DNA of 55,392 nucleotides, the filler included, from Barthelona sp. PAP020 (lineage: Eukaryota): assembly GCA_040182905.1 (NCBI GenBank). It is 2 parts of 2 records of this genome, joined end to end, with 100 filler letters (N's around TTAATTAATTAA, not from the genome) between each part and the next. Parts side by side here need not be neighbours in the genome. Positions count along the whole stretch, not along the records: positions 27,846 to 55,392 come from JARQWU010000130.1; 1 more part is not named here. The stretch is one strand, 5' to 3'. The position numbers were made by a program, and so were the translations under genes. Of this stretch, positions 40,178 through 51,359 are shown one piece after another. The notes beneath the pieces were generated by a model. That model saw nothing but the letters and a program-made list of their open reading frames with translations. It was not told where the DNA came from and searched no databases. Every line of letters starts with the position of its first letter. The first letter of the stretch is position 1.

Positions 40178-40328
40178 TCAATTGGTTTGACTGAGAAAAA
40201 AGAAAGTTTGGAAAAAAAATTTCCAAAAAAAATTTCCTCCCCCAAAAAATCTTTCTCCCTTTGTTTTATATTACATGTACCTTAAATTTCTTTTTTAGCT
40301 GTTCTAATATGTAGCAAGGAATTCGCAA

Positions 40329-40754
40329 ATGTCTGAAGGAGATGTCACCACTCTTGAACAAGAAGTCAGTAATGTTACTGAAATTAGTTTTGATGAAGCC
40401 ACCAAAACCATAATTAACAAGGCTCGTGTCACTGGTCAAGTTGCCATTGGCCACCGTCTTGCTATTAAGTCTATTGATTGCGGTGAAGCTGTTGTTGTCT
40501 TTTTAGCCAACGATTGTGATGTCGATTCTTTAGTTTCTGTTGTTGAAGCTCTTGCAGCTGAAAGAGAAACCCCTATTGTTAAGGATTACTCTCGTAAGCA
40601 ATTGGGTGAATTCTTTGGACTTTGCCGTTACAAAGATGGTCAACCTGTCAAGTTAGTCCCCACCTCTGTCGCAACTATTGTTGATTTCGGTGATTTCTCT
40701 CCTGAATTTGTTGTCTTCGCCAACAAAATTGGTCTTGAATTTGAACAAAACTAA
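40329..40754 (+). CDS. RPS12: 40S ribosomal protein S12 (eS12)
   Basis: L7Ae fold; LANDCD...VEALAAE, KQLGEFFGLCRY.DGQPVKLV...IVDFG. Confidence 0.92.
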   Translation: MSEGDVTTLEQEVSNVTEISFDEATKTIINKARVTGQVAIGHRLAIKSIDCGEAVVVFLANDCDVDSLVSVVEALAAERETPIVKDYSRKQLGEFFGLCRYKDGQPVKLVPTSVATIVDFGDFSPEFVVFANKIGLEFEQN

Positions 40755-40883
40755 TTTTTGTCGCTCATGCTTTAGAGTGCTTCTTATAAAACACTGGATT
40801 GTTTTTTTTTATTTGGTTCTTATACAATTGAAAAAAAAAAAATTGTTTTCAATTGAAATTTTTTTCTTCCCATAATTATTTAA

Positions 40884-41936
40884 ATGTACAGCCGTAACCG
40901 CGAATCTAATTTTCAAGAATATCTTAGAGAAGAAGCTTCAAAAATTGATCAAGAATCAAACAAAGATGAAAAATCCAAAGCCTTTTTCGAGAGGAATTCA
41001 AGAATATTGGCTTCTAAAATGGAAGAAGCGAAAAGAAAGCAATTAGCAGAACACGTTCAAAGACAATTGAAACAAAGTTCCATTATTTTTTCATCAAGTG
41101 ATGATGAAATCAATCAACCCTTTCACAGTTCATATCAATCCCAGTTTGTTGCTAAAAGCATTAAAAAGAACCGAAATAATTTAATGAACAGTCAAAAATT
41201 AAGAAATCACAATTTTAAATTTGTTGATTTAGAAACTAACAATACTAATTCTAATATGTATGTTTCCACAAAACAAGAAGAATATCCAGCACATCAAGTA
41301 ACTGATGATTTCAATGATTTACAAAGACAACAGGTTTCATCCAACCCCAATCAAAAAACTTCGATTCATTTTATTGATGATTCCAATCCAAGTTTTGAAA
41401 CAACTAATCAAACGCATTTTAAGGGTCAAGCTATGTTAAATTCAGTAAAAGTTGAAAATAAAACAAACAACAAAACTTTACAAGCTTCTCATTTGAAGTT
41501 AGGTAATGAGCCTCAAAATTTTTCAACTACATCCCAGGAAATTTATTCATATGTCCAAAATCCCGCAAATAAGGAAATAATTACCAAAACGTTTAATCGT
41601 AATCAAAAGACCAATATTATTTTAGGAGATGGTGAAACTGATTACTCCACAACCTCCAAAATAGCAATGAGAAATTTTGATATTGTTGAAAAGAAGAATG
41701 CTCGACATGCTGTAAAGGATGATAGTTTGACCAAAGAATTACAAAAGTCTCATATTCCTTTCTTTGGCAGAAATGCTTCTCAATTTAAAACCATTTCCAG
41801 TTTGACTTATCAAAAACCCCCAGAAAAGGCTTATGAAACAAATCCCATGTATGATTTCAGAAAAGGAAAGTTGAATGAATCAGAAAAGGAATTAAAATTA
41901 AAGGTTTTAAATGCTATCAATAACAATAGAATGTAG
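40884..41936 (+). CDS. Repeat protein resembling SAXO/TEX45-type microtubule inner proteins
   Basis: About six spaced repeats of L..SH..LG......F.TTS...Y, e.g. LQASHLKLGNEPQNFSTTSQEIY. Confidence 0.6.
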   Translation: MYSRNRESNFQEYLREEASKIDQESNKDEKSKAFFERNSRILASKMEEAKRKQLAEHVQRQLKQSSIIFSSSDDEINQPFHSSYQSQFVAKSIKKNRNNLMNSQKLRNHNFKFVDLETNNTNSNMYVSTKQEEYPAHQVTDDFNDLQRQQVSSNPNQKTSIHFIDDSNPSFETTNQTHFKGQAMLNSVKVENKTNNKTLQASHLKLGNEPQNFSTTSQEIYSYVQNPANKEIITKTFNRNQKTNIILGDGETDYSTTSKIAMRNFDIVEKKNARHAVKDDSLTKELQKSHIPFFGRNASQFKTISSLTYQKPPEKAYETNPMYDFRKGKLNESEKELKLKVLNAINNNRM

Positions 41937-42346
41937 AAGAAATCCAACAAAAAAAAAATATATATAATACTTCGGTTTTATCATTTGTATTTGTATTATT
42001 GTTTTTTATGTAGTCTTTATTGATGTAGAAGTTGTATATTTTTGATATTTATAAAAAAATACTTTTTTTCTTTGCCTGCACAATGCTTTTTTCAAATTAA
42101 TATTCGAATAATGAAGATTAGGATGAAGCAATAATTAACAACAACAATGAATCTTTTCTTTTAATTGTTTTGTGTTCAATTTCTGCTTTATAAATGTTGA
42201 AAAGTCAAATAGCATAAAATATTGTTGATTCAATAGCAACAACAATGCTTCAAAGGGAAATTTATCACAAATAACTCATCAAAAATCAAAAAAGAAAGCA
42301 AATTTTCAATTTCAAATCCTTTCAATTTTCTTATTGATAATTTGAT

Positions 42347-43556
42347 ATGATTACTGAGTCAAGAAGTGAACTGGATGGCGAAACAAATCATTGTATGTTT
42401 CCTTTCAAAATTGATGATAGTAATGTATTTGTAATGGAAGATGTGCTTTCTCGTGATATGAATGATTGTGCATATTCACTGGATGGAAAATATTTGGTAT
42501 TTGGCAGTTGTCCATATGCTCATGTGATTGATGTAAAAACTAGAAGACTAATATGCACTTTAGAAGACCATTCAAGAAGTATTTATGGTGACACAACAAG
42601 TATTTGGGCAGTTTCATTTTCAGCTGATGGAAAAAAGTTGGCTACATGTTCCAGTGACAGTTCTATAATTATCTACAATCTTTCAGATTTCTCCATCTTA
42701 CAAAGATTGAATAATTGTAGCATTGTGTATGCAATTTGTTTTTCACATTGTTCCAATTTTATATATTCTGGTGATAGGGATGGAAATCTTAAGAAATGGG
42801 ACATAAATAAGGGTGATGTTATTTTAGAAAGGAAACTTCATTTTTACCAAACTTGGAGAATAAAAGTTTCATGTGATGGCAAACATCTTTTGACTGGCAG
42901 TTGGGATAGTACAGCGAGGTTAATTGATACCAATGATTTCACTATTATTCGTACTTTTGATCATGATATTGACGTTAGAGCCATTGATTTCGATCCAACT
43001 GAAAGAATCATTGCAATTGGAGGAGAATCAAAGAAAGTGAATTTGTGGAACATGGATGATGGGTCACTAATTCATACATTTGAAATGAGTGGCAAAGTGT
43101 TCTCTCTTTGTTTTTTAACTTCTGAAATTCTATTTGTTGTTACTGATGATGGTTATATTACCTCTTACAATGTCGATAGCTTTGAGGAGATTCAAAAGGT
43201 ACATTGTGGTTGTGACAGTCTTTGGTTTTCCTTTGCAATATCTCCAGACAAAACACAATTGGCCTGTGGTAAATGTTCCGACAAAACTCTTAAGATCTAT
43301 TCGATTGTACCTTGCTGTGATGAATTAAATTACGCAAAACTAATTGAATTATCAAAGGATGGTGGTGGTGGTGTGTTATTGAGTGCTATTTCTACAGATT
43401 TGAACAGTCAAAATGTTCGTCAATTGATTGCTGCAGGTGTGTGGATGAACAAACACGAATATCAATTGATTTGCAACACATGCTGGGATTTAATTTCCAT
43501 CAATAAGACCAATGGTGGTAATATGCACATATTTGCAGATGAGAAAAGCATAGAAA

Positions 43557-43598
<42 letters not shown>

Positions 43599-43600
43599 AG
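42347..43600 (+). CDS. WD40 repeat protein, expanded-family paralogue 3
   Basis: Colinear with paralogues 1 and 2; ends in poly-Asp. Confidence 0.92.
43559..43597 (+). repeat. (GAT)13 coding microsatellite
   Basis: Perfect gat run encoding the poly-Asp tail directly before the TAG stop. Confidence 0.9.
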
Positions 43601-44439
43601 CTAATTTGGTAAATTAGCCAGCAAATTCAACAATTTTAAATAGATGGTTAATTATATCATCTAATGAGCTCTTTCCTTCATTTAATATTTGGTTAGTTGT
43701 TTAATTCCTTTTTTTATTTCTTGTTTGGTGGATTGTTGCCAAACACATTACATTCCATTTTTTTGCTATTCCCATTTTACGAGCCAAATACTGCTAATTC
43801 AGAGCTGTAATGATTTTTTTTTTTGGCTTTAATTTTATTATTCAGAATCCTTTTCTTCAGCTGTAGACTTGGCTATTTTAGGTTTGAGAATATATGTGTT
43901 TTTGTACAAATTTGTGTGTTTCTATTGTTTCATAAACCAAATGTATCTTTTTTTTCTTTTCTCAATTTCTTTCCTGTTATCAAAATAGTTGAAAAATATC
44001 TTTACTGTTCACAGTTGTGAAAAGTTGAGAATTTTTTCAAATATTTGGCAAATGAAAAAATTGGGGTGAAAAAAAAAATAGGAGCTTTTACAAATAAAAC
44101 AACACATTCAAAAAAAAGAATGCATGACAATACTATACATAAAATAAGGGCACATTCTAAAAAACAAAATCAACAAAAAAATACAGTTGATCTCAAAAAT
44201 CTCAAGTTAATCATTTAATGTGATATCACAACTGAAAGCTTCTTATTAACCACAGTTTAGAAAACAGAAAGTTTATTACAATAAAAATTAACCGCCTTAC
44301 AAATGATCAAACATAAAAAGAACAAAAAAACTGAGATGTGACAACCAAAAAAACAACACTGAACATGGAGAATCGACAACAGAGAATCGAACACCAAGGG
44401 CCTGAATATAAACAATAAATGCTTTATTTTCCAAGAGTG

Positions 44440-47400
44440 TTAAATAAACGAATTCTCAATATTGGCTCTCCTTTGCATAATATCCATCATATTATTTAAA
44501 ACAGAATTTGATAAACTTGTGTTCGAAAAATCACACTTTATAACCCCTCTTCTGATAAATTTTAAAAGAATTTCACCATGCAAATCAAGCAAATTAGGCT
44601 CATTTTTGAAAATCAATGTAAGTATTTCAAACTTTTTTTCAACACCAATTCTGTGTTCAATTGAATCGAAAAAAATCAAAGAGCTCAACCAATTGAAATC
44701 AGACACTTTTGTTCCATCAAAAATTATTTGTCGAATATTACCCCTATCAATCAAAGCTTGAGTTATTTGAAATAAATGTTGATCACAAATGTCATTTGAT
44801 GTGATTATAACCTTAGATAAGTCAGGTAACTGCTTCAAAAGTAATAAGAGTATTTTCAAATTTTCATCCTCAATTACGCAATTTATCGTTAATTCAACAA
44901 CAGATAACTCTTTTCTACATCCAAATAGTAATGAATACGTTGAACAATTAAGCGATGTACTTAATTCAAGACTTTTTGGTTTAGAAGAAATCATCTTCAA
45001 AACTTCAAAAATGGTTGATTCATTCGTTATATTAACCTGAGAATCTTTGACGGAATAATTCAAAAACTCAAAACTTTTCAAAACTTTTGAAAAATTTCCA
45101 TAAATAAAATTGCTTTGAACAATATCTGGAAATGAGAAATTTCCATTCAAATCAAAAACAACATTAGTTTGAATAGGTAAGTTCTCCACTGTACCGCCTA
45201 TTGCATTAGATCTCATTGATAATATTTTTGAATTTTGGTCAAAAATTTGATTGAATGGGCCATTTAACAATAACGAAACAGTTTCCATTGTCAGATTATT
45301 TTCATCTAATGATAAACATTTGATATTAGGCATTGAAAAATTCTTAAAATGTTTATCACATAATTGACAATTATGTAAGATCAAAATTTGTAAGCCAGAT
45401 GATAAGATATTTGCAGGGAAACATGTTGAAAGGTCAATATTATTCATAATCAGTGTGTTGGTTTCAGTAATTTCCGTGTTTGTTGCTGAAAAAAGCAGAT
45501 CAATAGAGTGTTGAAACATTAACTCATTAAAAAATAATTCATTAGAGATGTTTAATCCATTAATCAATAATTGATCAATAAATGATTGTTGATTTTGTTG
45601 ATTTTGTTGGTGTTTATATGACACAAGATAATTACTCAATACTCTCAAGGAAACACAATTTGGAGAAAATAATTTTAACGCTTTTGTACAATTTTTCAAA
45701 TTTTGTTGTCCTTTCAATTGGTTAAAATATATAGAAATTGCATTATTCTCATAAAAAACTAAATAAATATCAGTTAATATTGACCAATAATATTTCTCAA
45801 AAATTTCCAAATCAATAAAAGATTTTTCAGGTGTAAAACAAACAATTGCTTGAAAATTGGATAAAATAGCTTCAATCTGATTAATGTTTGGATATTTATT
45901 TCCAACAGAATGAAATATCCATAATTCTTTCAATTCCATCAATAAATATTGCTCAATATGTTGATAAATTTTTAACAAATGTGAATTTTTCAAGGAAATT
46001 TTTGAAGAAAAAGATGTCCACAAAAATTTAATTTTTTTTGACTCTAAACTTTTCAAAAAATTCAAAAAATTTGACATATTCTCATATTTGTAATTAATAA
46101 ATGCCAATTGAGAAATTTCATCAGATATATCCAAATTATCCAAAGCACAATTACAATTAATCAAACATAATCCAGTACAATATGTAGTTACTTTCAAAAA
46201 TGAAGAAATCACCGATAAATCTTCTTCTTTAGGATCTAATATGATTAAATTAGTAATTTTAGCAGAATCTTCCAATTTTAAAATATTCTTCATGATTTCA
46301 ACAACTTTACTGCCCTCATTCAATGAAATATAACGTTGAACCCTACCAAAATGGTCAAAGTTTATATTTTCTTTATTTTTTGATGAACTATTCAAATAAT
46401 TTGGTCCAATAGTTTTAAATGTATTTAAAAATGATTCATCAGAAATTTCCAACAAATCACAATCATTATTGAGTAATTCTGCTGAAATATGTGAAAATTT
46501 CTCTAAAATAGTTGAAGAAAATGTATTTTTTCTCAATTTCAAAGAATTAAAGGATATTTGATTATCCAAAATCAAATCAATCAATACAGACAAACAAAAA
46601 TCATCCAAACCACAATTTAATAAAGATAAATCAATTGGAATATCACCAATAGCTTTAATACAACGTAACAATGAATGAAAAATTCGATAATTAAAAGTTT
46701 GATTATTTAAACAAACTTTTGTAAGTTTATTTTTCTTAATATATTGCAATGCATAATATAATTCATCATCTATGGTAAAAGAAGCAACAGTTAAAACAAA
46801 ATTGTCTTTTGGTTCCACAAAAGTTTGAAAATTTTGAAAAACTTTCAATTGCAAATAATCCAGCATAGAACTTAATATTTCTGATTCATTGGTATAATGG
46901 TAATGTATTATTCTTCTCAATAAAACTCTGTTTAATGAAATCAATGGTTTTTGGTCATTGTTAAAAATACCTTCTAAATTAACCCACTCCAAATGATGAT
47001 ATTCATCTAAAGATTGTACTAACTCCATGGTAAACTTGCATACCTTAATATTTAAAGGGTTTGCACTAAAATCGATTAACTGAAAAAGTTCATTTTGTTT
47101 AATTACTTTCAAAAGTTCAATATAGCTTTCAGAATCAAAAGAATTATTTGCAAGATTAAGATAACGAATGTTCAATATCAAAGATCTAAATATTTCAACA
47201 GTCTCTTTATCTAAATTGTTACTTTGTAACCAAATCTCTTTCAAACAATTCTTTGAACTAATAATTAAACCATCTTTCATTTGTTTTAAAATAGTACTAT
47301 TTAGACCAACATTGTTTAATATTAGGTTTTTTAAATGTTTATTATATTTCAATATTTCATTTAAAGCTAAAAATCCTGATAAAGGAATCACTTCATTTTC

Positions 47401-47523
47401 ATAAATCAATGTAGTCATTGTTTCTTTATTTAAAGCTAATTCCGATACAATTTTCGAAAATGAATGTTTGGGATAAGATCGTAAAAACTTTCGTATAATA
47501 ACATAATCAACCGTTTCATTCAT
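44440..47523 (-). CDS. RNI-like leucine-rich repeat protein (1027 aa)
   Basis: LKNLILNNVGL, LKEIWLQSNNL, IRYLNLANNSF, LQILILHNCQL, IKCLSLDENNL. Confidence 0.85.
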   Translation of the reverse strand: MNETVDYVIIRKFLRSYPKHSFSKIVSELALNKETMTTLIYENEVIPLSGFLALNEILKYNKHLKNLILNNVGLNSTILKQMKDGLIISSKNCLKEIWLQSNNLDKETVEIFRSLILNIRYLNLANNSFDSESYIELLKVIKQNELFQLIDFSANPLNIKVCKFTMELVQSLDEYHHLEWVNLEGIFNNDQKPLISLNRVLLRRIIHYHYTNESEILSSMLDYLQLKVFQNFQTFVEPKDNFVLTVASFTIDDELYYALQYIKKNKLTKVCLNNQTFNYRIFHSLLRCIKAIGDIPIDLSLLNCGLDDFCLSVLIDLILDNQISFNSLKLRKNTFSSTILEKFSHISAELLNNDCDLLEISDESFLNTFKTIGPNYLNSSSKNKENINFDHFGRVQRYISLNEGSKVVEIMKNILKLEDSAKITNLIILDPKEEDLSVISSFLKVTTYCTGLCLINCNCALDNLDISDEISQLAFINYKYENMSNFLNFLKSLESKKIKFLWTSFSSKISLKNSHLLKIYQHIEQYLLMELKELWIFHSVGNKYPNINQIEAILSNFQAIVCFTPEKSFIDLEIFEKYYWSILTDIYLVFYENNAISIYFNQLKGQQNLKNCTKALKLFSPNCVSLRVLSNYLVSYKHQQNQQNQQSFIDQLLINGLNISNELFFNELMFQHSIDLLFSATNTEITETNTLIMNNIDLSTCFPANILSSGLQILILHNCQLCDKHFKNFSMPNIKCLSLDENNLTMETVSLLLNGPFNQIFDQNSKILSMRSNAIGGTVENLPIQTNVVFDLNGNFSFPDIVQSNFIYGNFSKVLKSFEFLNYSVKDSQVNITNESTIFEVLKMISSKPKSLELSTSLNCSTYSLLFGCRKELSVVELTINCVIEDENLKILLLLLKQLPDLSKVIITSNDICDQHLFQITQALIDRGNIRQIIFDGTKVSDFNWLSSLIFFDSIEHRIGVEKKFEILTLIFKNEPNLLDLHGEILLKFIRRGVIKCDFSNTSLSNSVLNNMMDIMQRRANIENSFI

Positions 47524-47735
47524 ATTTTCAAATGATTAAAATTTTAAAATAGAAACAATTACAATTTTGCAGAAAAAACAATTATGTTTCACTTTCAATT
47601 TAAAATTTTATCATTAAATAAATATATTTTAAGATAATATTTATTCTATTTTGTCAAAAAATGTATCATGAAAAAAGGAGATTCTTGAAGATGATTATGT
47701 TTTCAACATTTTTTTTGCATCAAATTACTTAAAAT

Positions 47736-50129
47736 ATGAGTCTATTCAGAAGTAGCACCATGTCTAAAGTACAATTGTACTTGCAAAATGTTGTTGCTGA
47801 AACGTGTGTTGAAAATTTTGGTTTTGAAGGATTGATTCAATTCAATGATTTGAATTCACATCGAAATCCATTTGAAAAACGATATACAGGTAATATACAG
47901 AAATGTGATGATAGTTTAAGAAGATTAAGATTTATTGAATCTATGATTAACAAACATGTTAATGAAGAAACTTTAAAACATGTTGACGATCGAATTCTTG
48001 AAGAAAATAATTTTGATTTTGACACTGAATGCAGAAATTTGATTGAATTGGAACAATCAACTCAACAATCAGAAGATAGTTTCAATATGGCAGAAAAAGA
48101 ATTGGAAAGTAAATATGAATTATCTGGTCTTTTAAAGAATTTATCTTTTTTGATGGCTGATGATCCTTCAAATGTTGTTGATAATGCTGTTGAAGCAAAA
48201 TACATTGAAGACCACAATTCCCCATTACTTTTAACTGAAAAATCTGGCAGTAAAGTTGGGTTTGGAATTCGTAGTATAAACGGAATTGTATCTGCTACCA
48301 AATTGACTAGTTTGCGACGTGCTGTTTATCGTATTTCGAGAGGTACTGCTATTTTTAGATCAAAACAATTGGATCACACTTTTCTTACTGATCATTTGGA
48401 TAGAGGCGTGATTAGACATGCTTTTATCATCATTCTGACATCATCTTACAATCATTCAAAATTGCAAGCATTTTGTGAAACTATTGGTTGTGGATTATAT
48501 CATTTTGAAGATTTCGATGTATTTGAACTTGAAAGAGAAATAAAAGAACTTGAAGAATTAGTTCATACCACTGAATCATCACAAAAGTCTTTCTTAGTCA
48601 AACAATATTTGCGTATTGAATCTCTAAGAGCTTTTTTTATTCGTAGACAAAAGTTATTCATCTGTTTGAATATGTTCAGAATTGATGGTGAAATACTTAT
48701 TGGAGAGGGTTGGATTCCTGCTGATGATATTCATAAACTTCGCAACATTGTTGATAATGCTAGTGCTCATCATCATTCAGATATACCCAGTTTTATTGAG
48801 GTTGTGAACGCCAAACCTAAGGAGATAATTCCAACTCACTTTCATACAAATGTGTTTACCAGTGTTTTTGTTGAAATGATTTCTTCTTATGGGGTTGCTA
48901 GAGTTGGTGAAATCAACCCTGCTTTTTTTGCTACTGTATCCTTTCCATTCTTATTTGGAGTAATGTATGGTGATGTTTTCCATGGATGTATCTTTGCTTT
49001 GCTAGGATTATTGATTATTTTACTGGAAAAGAAGATTCCTAACAAGGTTAAGAAAGACGAATTATTCTCATACATTTATGATGGACGTTACATAATTTTT
49101 ATGATGGGACTTTGGTCAATCTATATTGGTTTCTTATACAACGATATTGCATCCTTATCGTTTGATTTCCCTTCGAATTGGAAGATAGAGCATGAACACT
49201 TTATTCCTGCTAATAATGGAATAACACCATTTGGGATAGATCCAGCCATTAGAAGAAGTCAATATGATACGATTTTCGCTAATTCATTGAAGATGAAGAC
49301 TTCTATTATATTTGGAGTTTCGCAAATGTTCTTGGGGTTATTTTTGTCTCTTGCTAATTTAATACGTGAAGGAAAAATTTCAAATATCTTTTTGGTGTTT
49401 ATCCCTCAATTTATTTTACTGTTTGGTACTTTCGGGTGGTTAGTTTTGCTTATCTTCGTTAAATGGTGCACCCATATTGATGTTTCACTTCTGCAAATAT
49501 TGATGGACTTTATTATGGAGCAAGGTAGTTTAAAAGATTCACCAGAGTTTTTCCCAGGCCATCAAGCGATTCAAACTTGTTTATTTTATTTGGTTTTAAT
49601 CTCTGTCTTTGTTTTATTCTTAGGCGAACCTCTTTATCATACTTTTGTACACTCTAAACCTAAAAAACCAGAAAACGTCGTGGAAAATGTTTCACAAGAT
49701 TTTATTGAGCTTTCTCATTTCTCTAATGATATGCAAAGAAAAGCGGAAGTTCTTGGCATGGCATCTCCTGAAAAATCAATTGAAAAAGAAGAAGAAAGCA
49801 TTTGGATGAGTGCTGTAATTGAGGCTATTGAATTCACTTTAGCTTGTTTATCACATACTGCTTCATATTTACGTCTATGGGCCTTATCTTTAGCTCATTC
49901 CCAATTATCTGATGTTTCTTGGATGCTTATTGGTCTTGGAATCGGTAATCCAATTATGTTAGTCGTTTCTTTCTTTATCTTTGCCTCATTGGCTACTTGT
50001 GGTGTCTTGGTTGCAATGGAAGGCTTGGGTGCTTTCTTACATGCTTTAAGATTACATTGGGTTGAGTTCATGTCGAAATTTTATAAAGGTGATGGAACAC
50101 CTTTCCTTCCTTTAAAATTTGAAAAATAA
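47736..50129 (+). CDS. VPH1: V-type ATPase V0 subunit a
   Basis: MSLFRS..M, LIQFNDLN, EGWIP, EINPA...FPFLFGVMYGDVFHG, NSLKMK, SHTASYLRLWALSLAH (essential Arg), LHALRLHWVEFMSKFYKG. Confidence 0.97.
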   Translation: MSLFRSSTMSKVQLYLQNVVAETCVENFGFEGLIQFNDLNSHRNPFEKRYTGNIQKCDDSLRRLRFIESMINKHVNEETLKHVDDRILEENNFDFDTECRNLIELEQSTQQSEDSFNMAEKELESKYELSGLLKNLSFLMADDPSNVVDNAVEAKYIEDHNSPLLLTEKSGSKVGFGIRSINGIVSATKLTSLRRAVYRISRGTAIFRSKQLDHTFLTDHLDRGVIRHAFIIILTSSYNHSKLQAFCETIGCGLYHFEDFDVFELEREIKELEELVHTTESSQKSFLVKQYLRIESLRAFFIRRQKLFICLNMFRIDGEILIGEGWIPADDIHKLRNIVDNASAHHHSDIPSFIEVVNAKPKEIIPTHFHTNVFTSVFVEMISSYGVARVGEINPAFFATVSFPFLFGVMYGDVFHGCIFALLGLLIILLEKKIPNKVKKDELFSYIYDGRYIIFMMGLWSIYIGFLYNDIASLSFDFPSNWKIEHEHFIPANNGITPFGIDPAIRRSQYDTIFANSLKMKTSIIFGVSQMFLGLFLSLANLIREGKISNIFLVFIPQFILLFGTFGWLVLLIFVKWCTHIDVSLLQILMDFIMEQGSLKDSPEFFPGHQAIQTCLFYLVLISVFVLFLGEPLYHTFVHSKPKKPENVVENVSQDFIELSHFSNDMQRKAEVLGMASPEKSIEKEEESIWMSAVIEAIEFTLACLSHTASYLRLWALSLAHSQLSDVSWMLIGLGIGNPIMLVVSFFIFASLATCGVLVAMEGLGAFLHALRLHWVEFMSKFYKGDGTPFLPLKFEK

Positions 50130-50588
50130 TTTGTATTTACAGTAAATTGAATGCTATTAATTTTTTATTCATATCTATTGGTTTATTTTGAATAGTTTTA
50201 TCAAAAAAAAAAAAACAGAAGAACAGATACACTGTTTATAACCTGGCATTCAGTGAACAAAAATTGCGTCAAACATTGCAAAAAAATAAATTACAAAGAG
50301 ATGATGATCTGAGAATGGAAAATTAAATGAAATCCCTGAAAAAATTTGGAACAGATTTAAGAAAAATGAATTCAAGTGCTATTGGTTTAAAGCTTTAAAG
50401 TTTTGAACAAAATATTCGAAAAAATGAGATTAGGAGGGCTTGTATAAACCATATGATCTCTTGATAAACTTCAAACTGATTTTTTTCCTTCAAATACCAA
50501 TATTTAATGTTTAACATGTAAAAATAAATCCATTTATGAAAGTTCTTCAGAAAACTAAAATATAATTTTCTTTTTCTTTCATTCTTAA

Positions 50589-50909
50589 ATGAAAAAGGAA
50601 CATATCAAACTTATTGATGAATTAAAATCTCCTGATGATCCTGAAAACGCTCCAACCGATCGAATGATCGAGCAATATTTGAAGGAAGCAGAATTATTAC
50701 AAATAGTAATTAATGAAAGAATTGAAATGGGACAATATGATGCAGCCCTTGTATATTATAATCGATTGAGTAAGATTATTCCTTTTTTACTTATTCACAA
50801 TGATTTATCTTTTGCAATTGAGAATGCTGAAGAATCTGCTCAACTTAGTCAAGAAAAGGATGAAAATTTAGTATTAGAGTCAAATGATATTGAAAATTCA
50901 GAGGATTGA
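50589..50909 (+). CDS. Hypothetical helical protein (106 aa)
   Basis: ATG after a T-rich leader; coding-like composition; family not recognised. Confidence 0.65.
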   Translation: MKKEHIKLIDELKSPDDPENAPTDRMIEQYLKEAELLQIVINERIEMGQYDAALVYYNRLSKIIPFLLIHNDLSFAIENAEESAQLSQEKDENLVLESNDIENSED

Positions 50910-51359
50910 ATGTATTCAATTGTAAACATTAAAAAAATGTCAATTTCTCTCTGAAAAAAATACAAAAGCCTGTATCTTTTTTGAAAAATGAGTTCAATTT
51001 GTTTACTATTATTCATATTATATTATTTTGATAAACCTCATTCTTCACTCTTTTTTTATGTGTTTATTTGATTGAATAAACATAAAACACATTTTCTCGT
51101 TGTGTATAGACACCCAAAATGAAAAGATCACAAAAAGAAAAGGAAAAAAAATATTCTTGCAACACATATTATTACATTTATAAATCAGTTCGTTCACCCA
51201 AAAAATTGTTTATTACATAAATCATTGATTTAAAATAACCACCAAAAAAAAGAGAAAACCTATTATCCACAAGTACATGTGGATATCAAAAAAAAAAGCA
51301 CATTCCCAAATTTAACAAATTGTTGTTAACATTAAATGATTAGAAAAAACAAAAGCATT

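Noticed and set aside
43600..43618. Perfect 8-bp hairpin GCTAATTT-ggt-AAATTAGC at the stop of WD40 paralogue 3
   Set aside because: Not seen after the other two paralogues; short AT-rich stems arise by chance.
51263..51287. TTATCCACA (DnaA-box-like) with a nearby inverted copy, and another at ~54651
   Set aside because: Eukaryotic context; AT-rich 9-mers are expected by chance.
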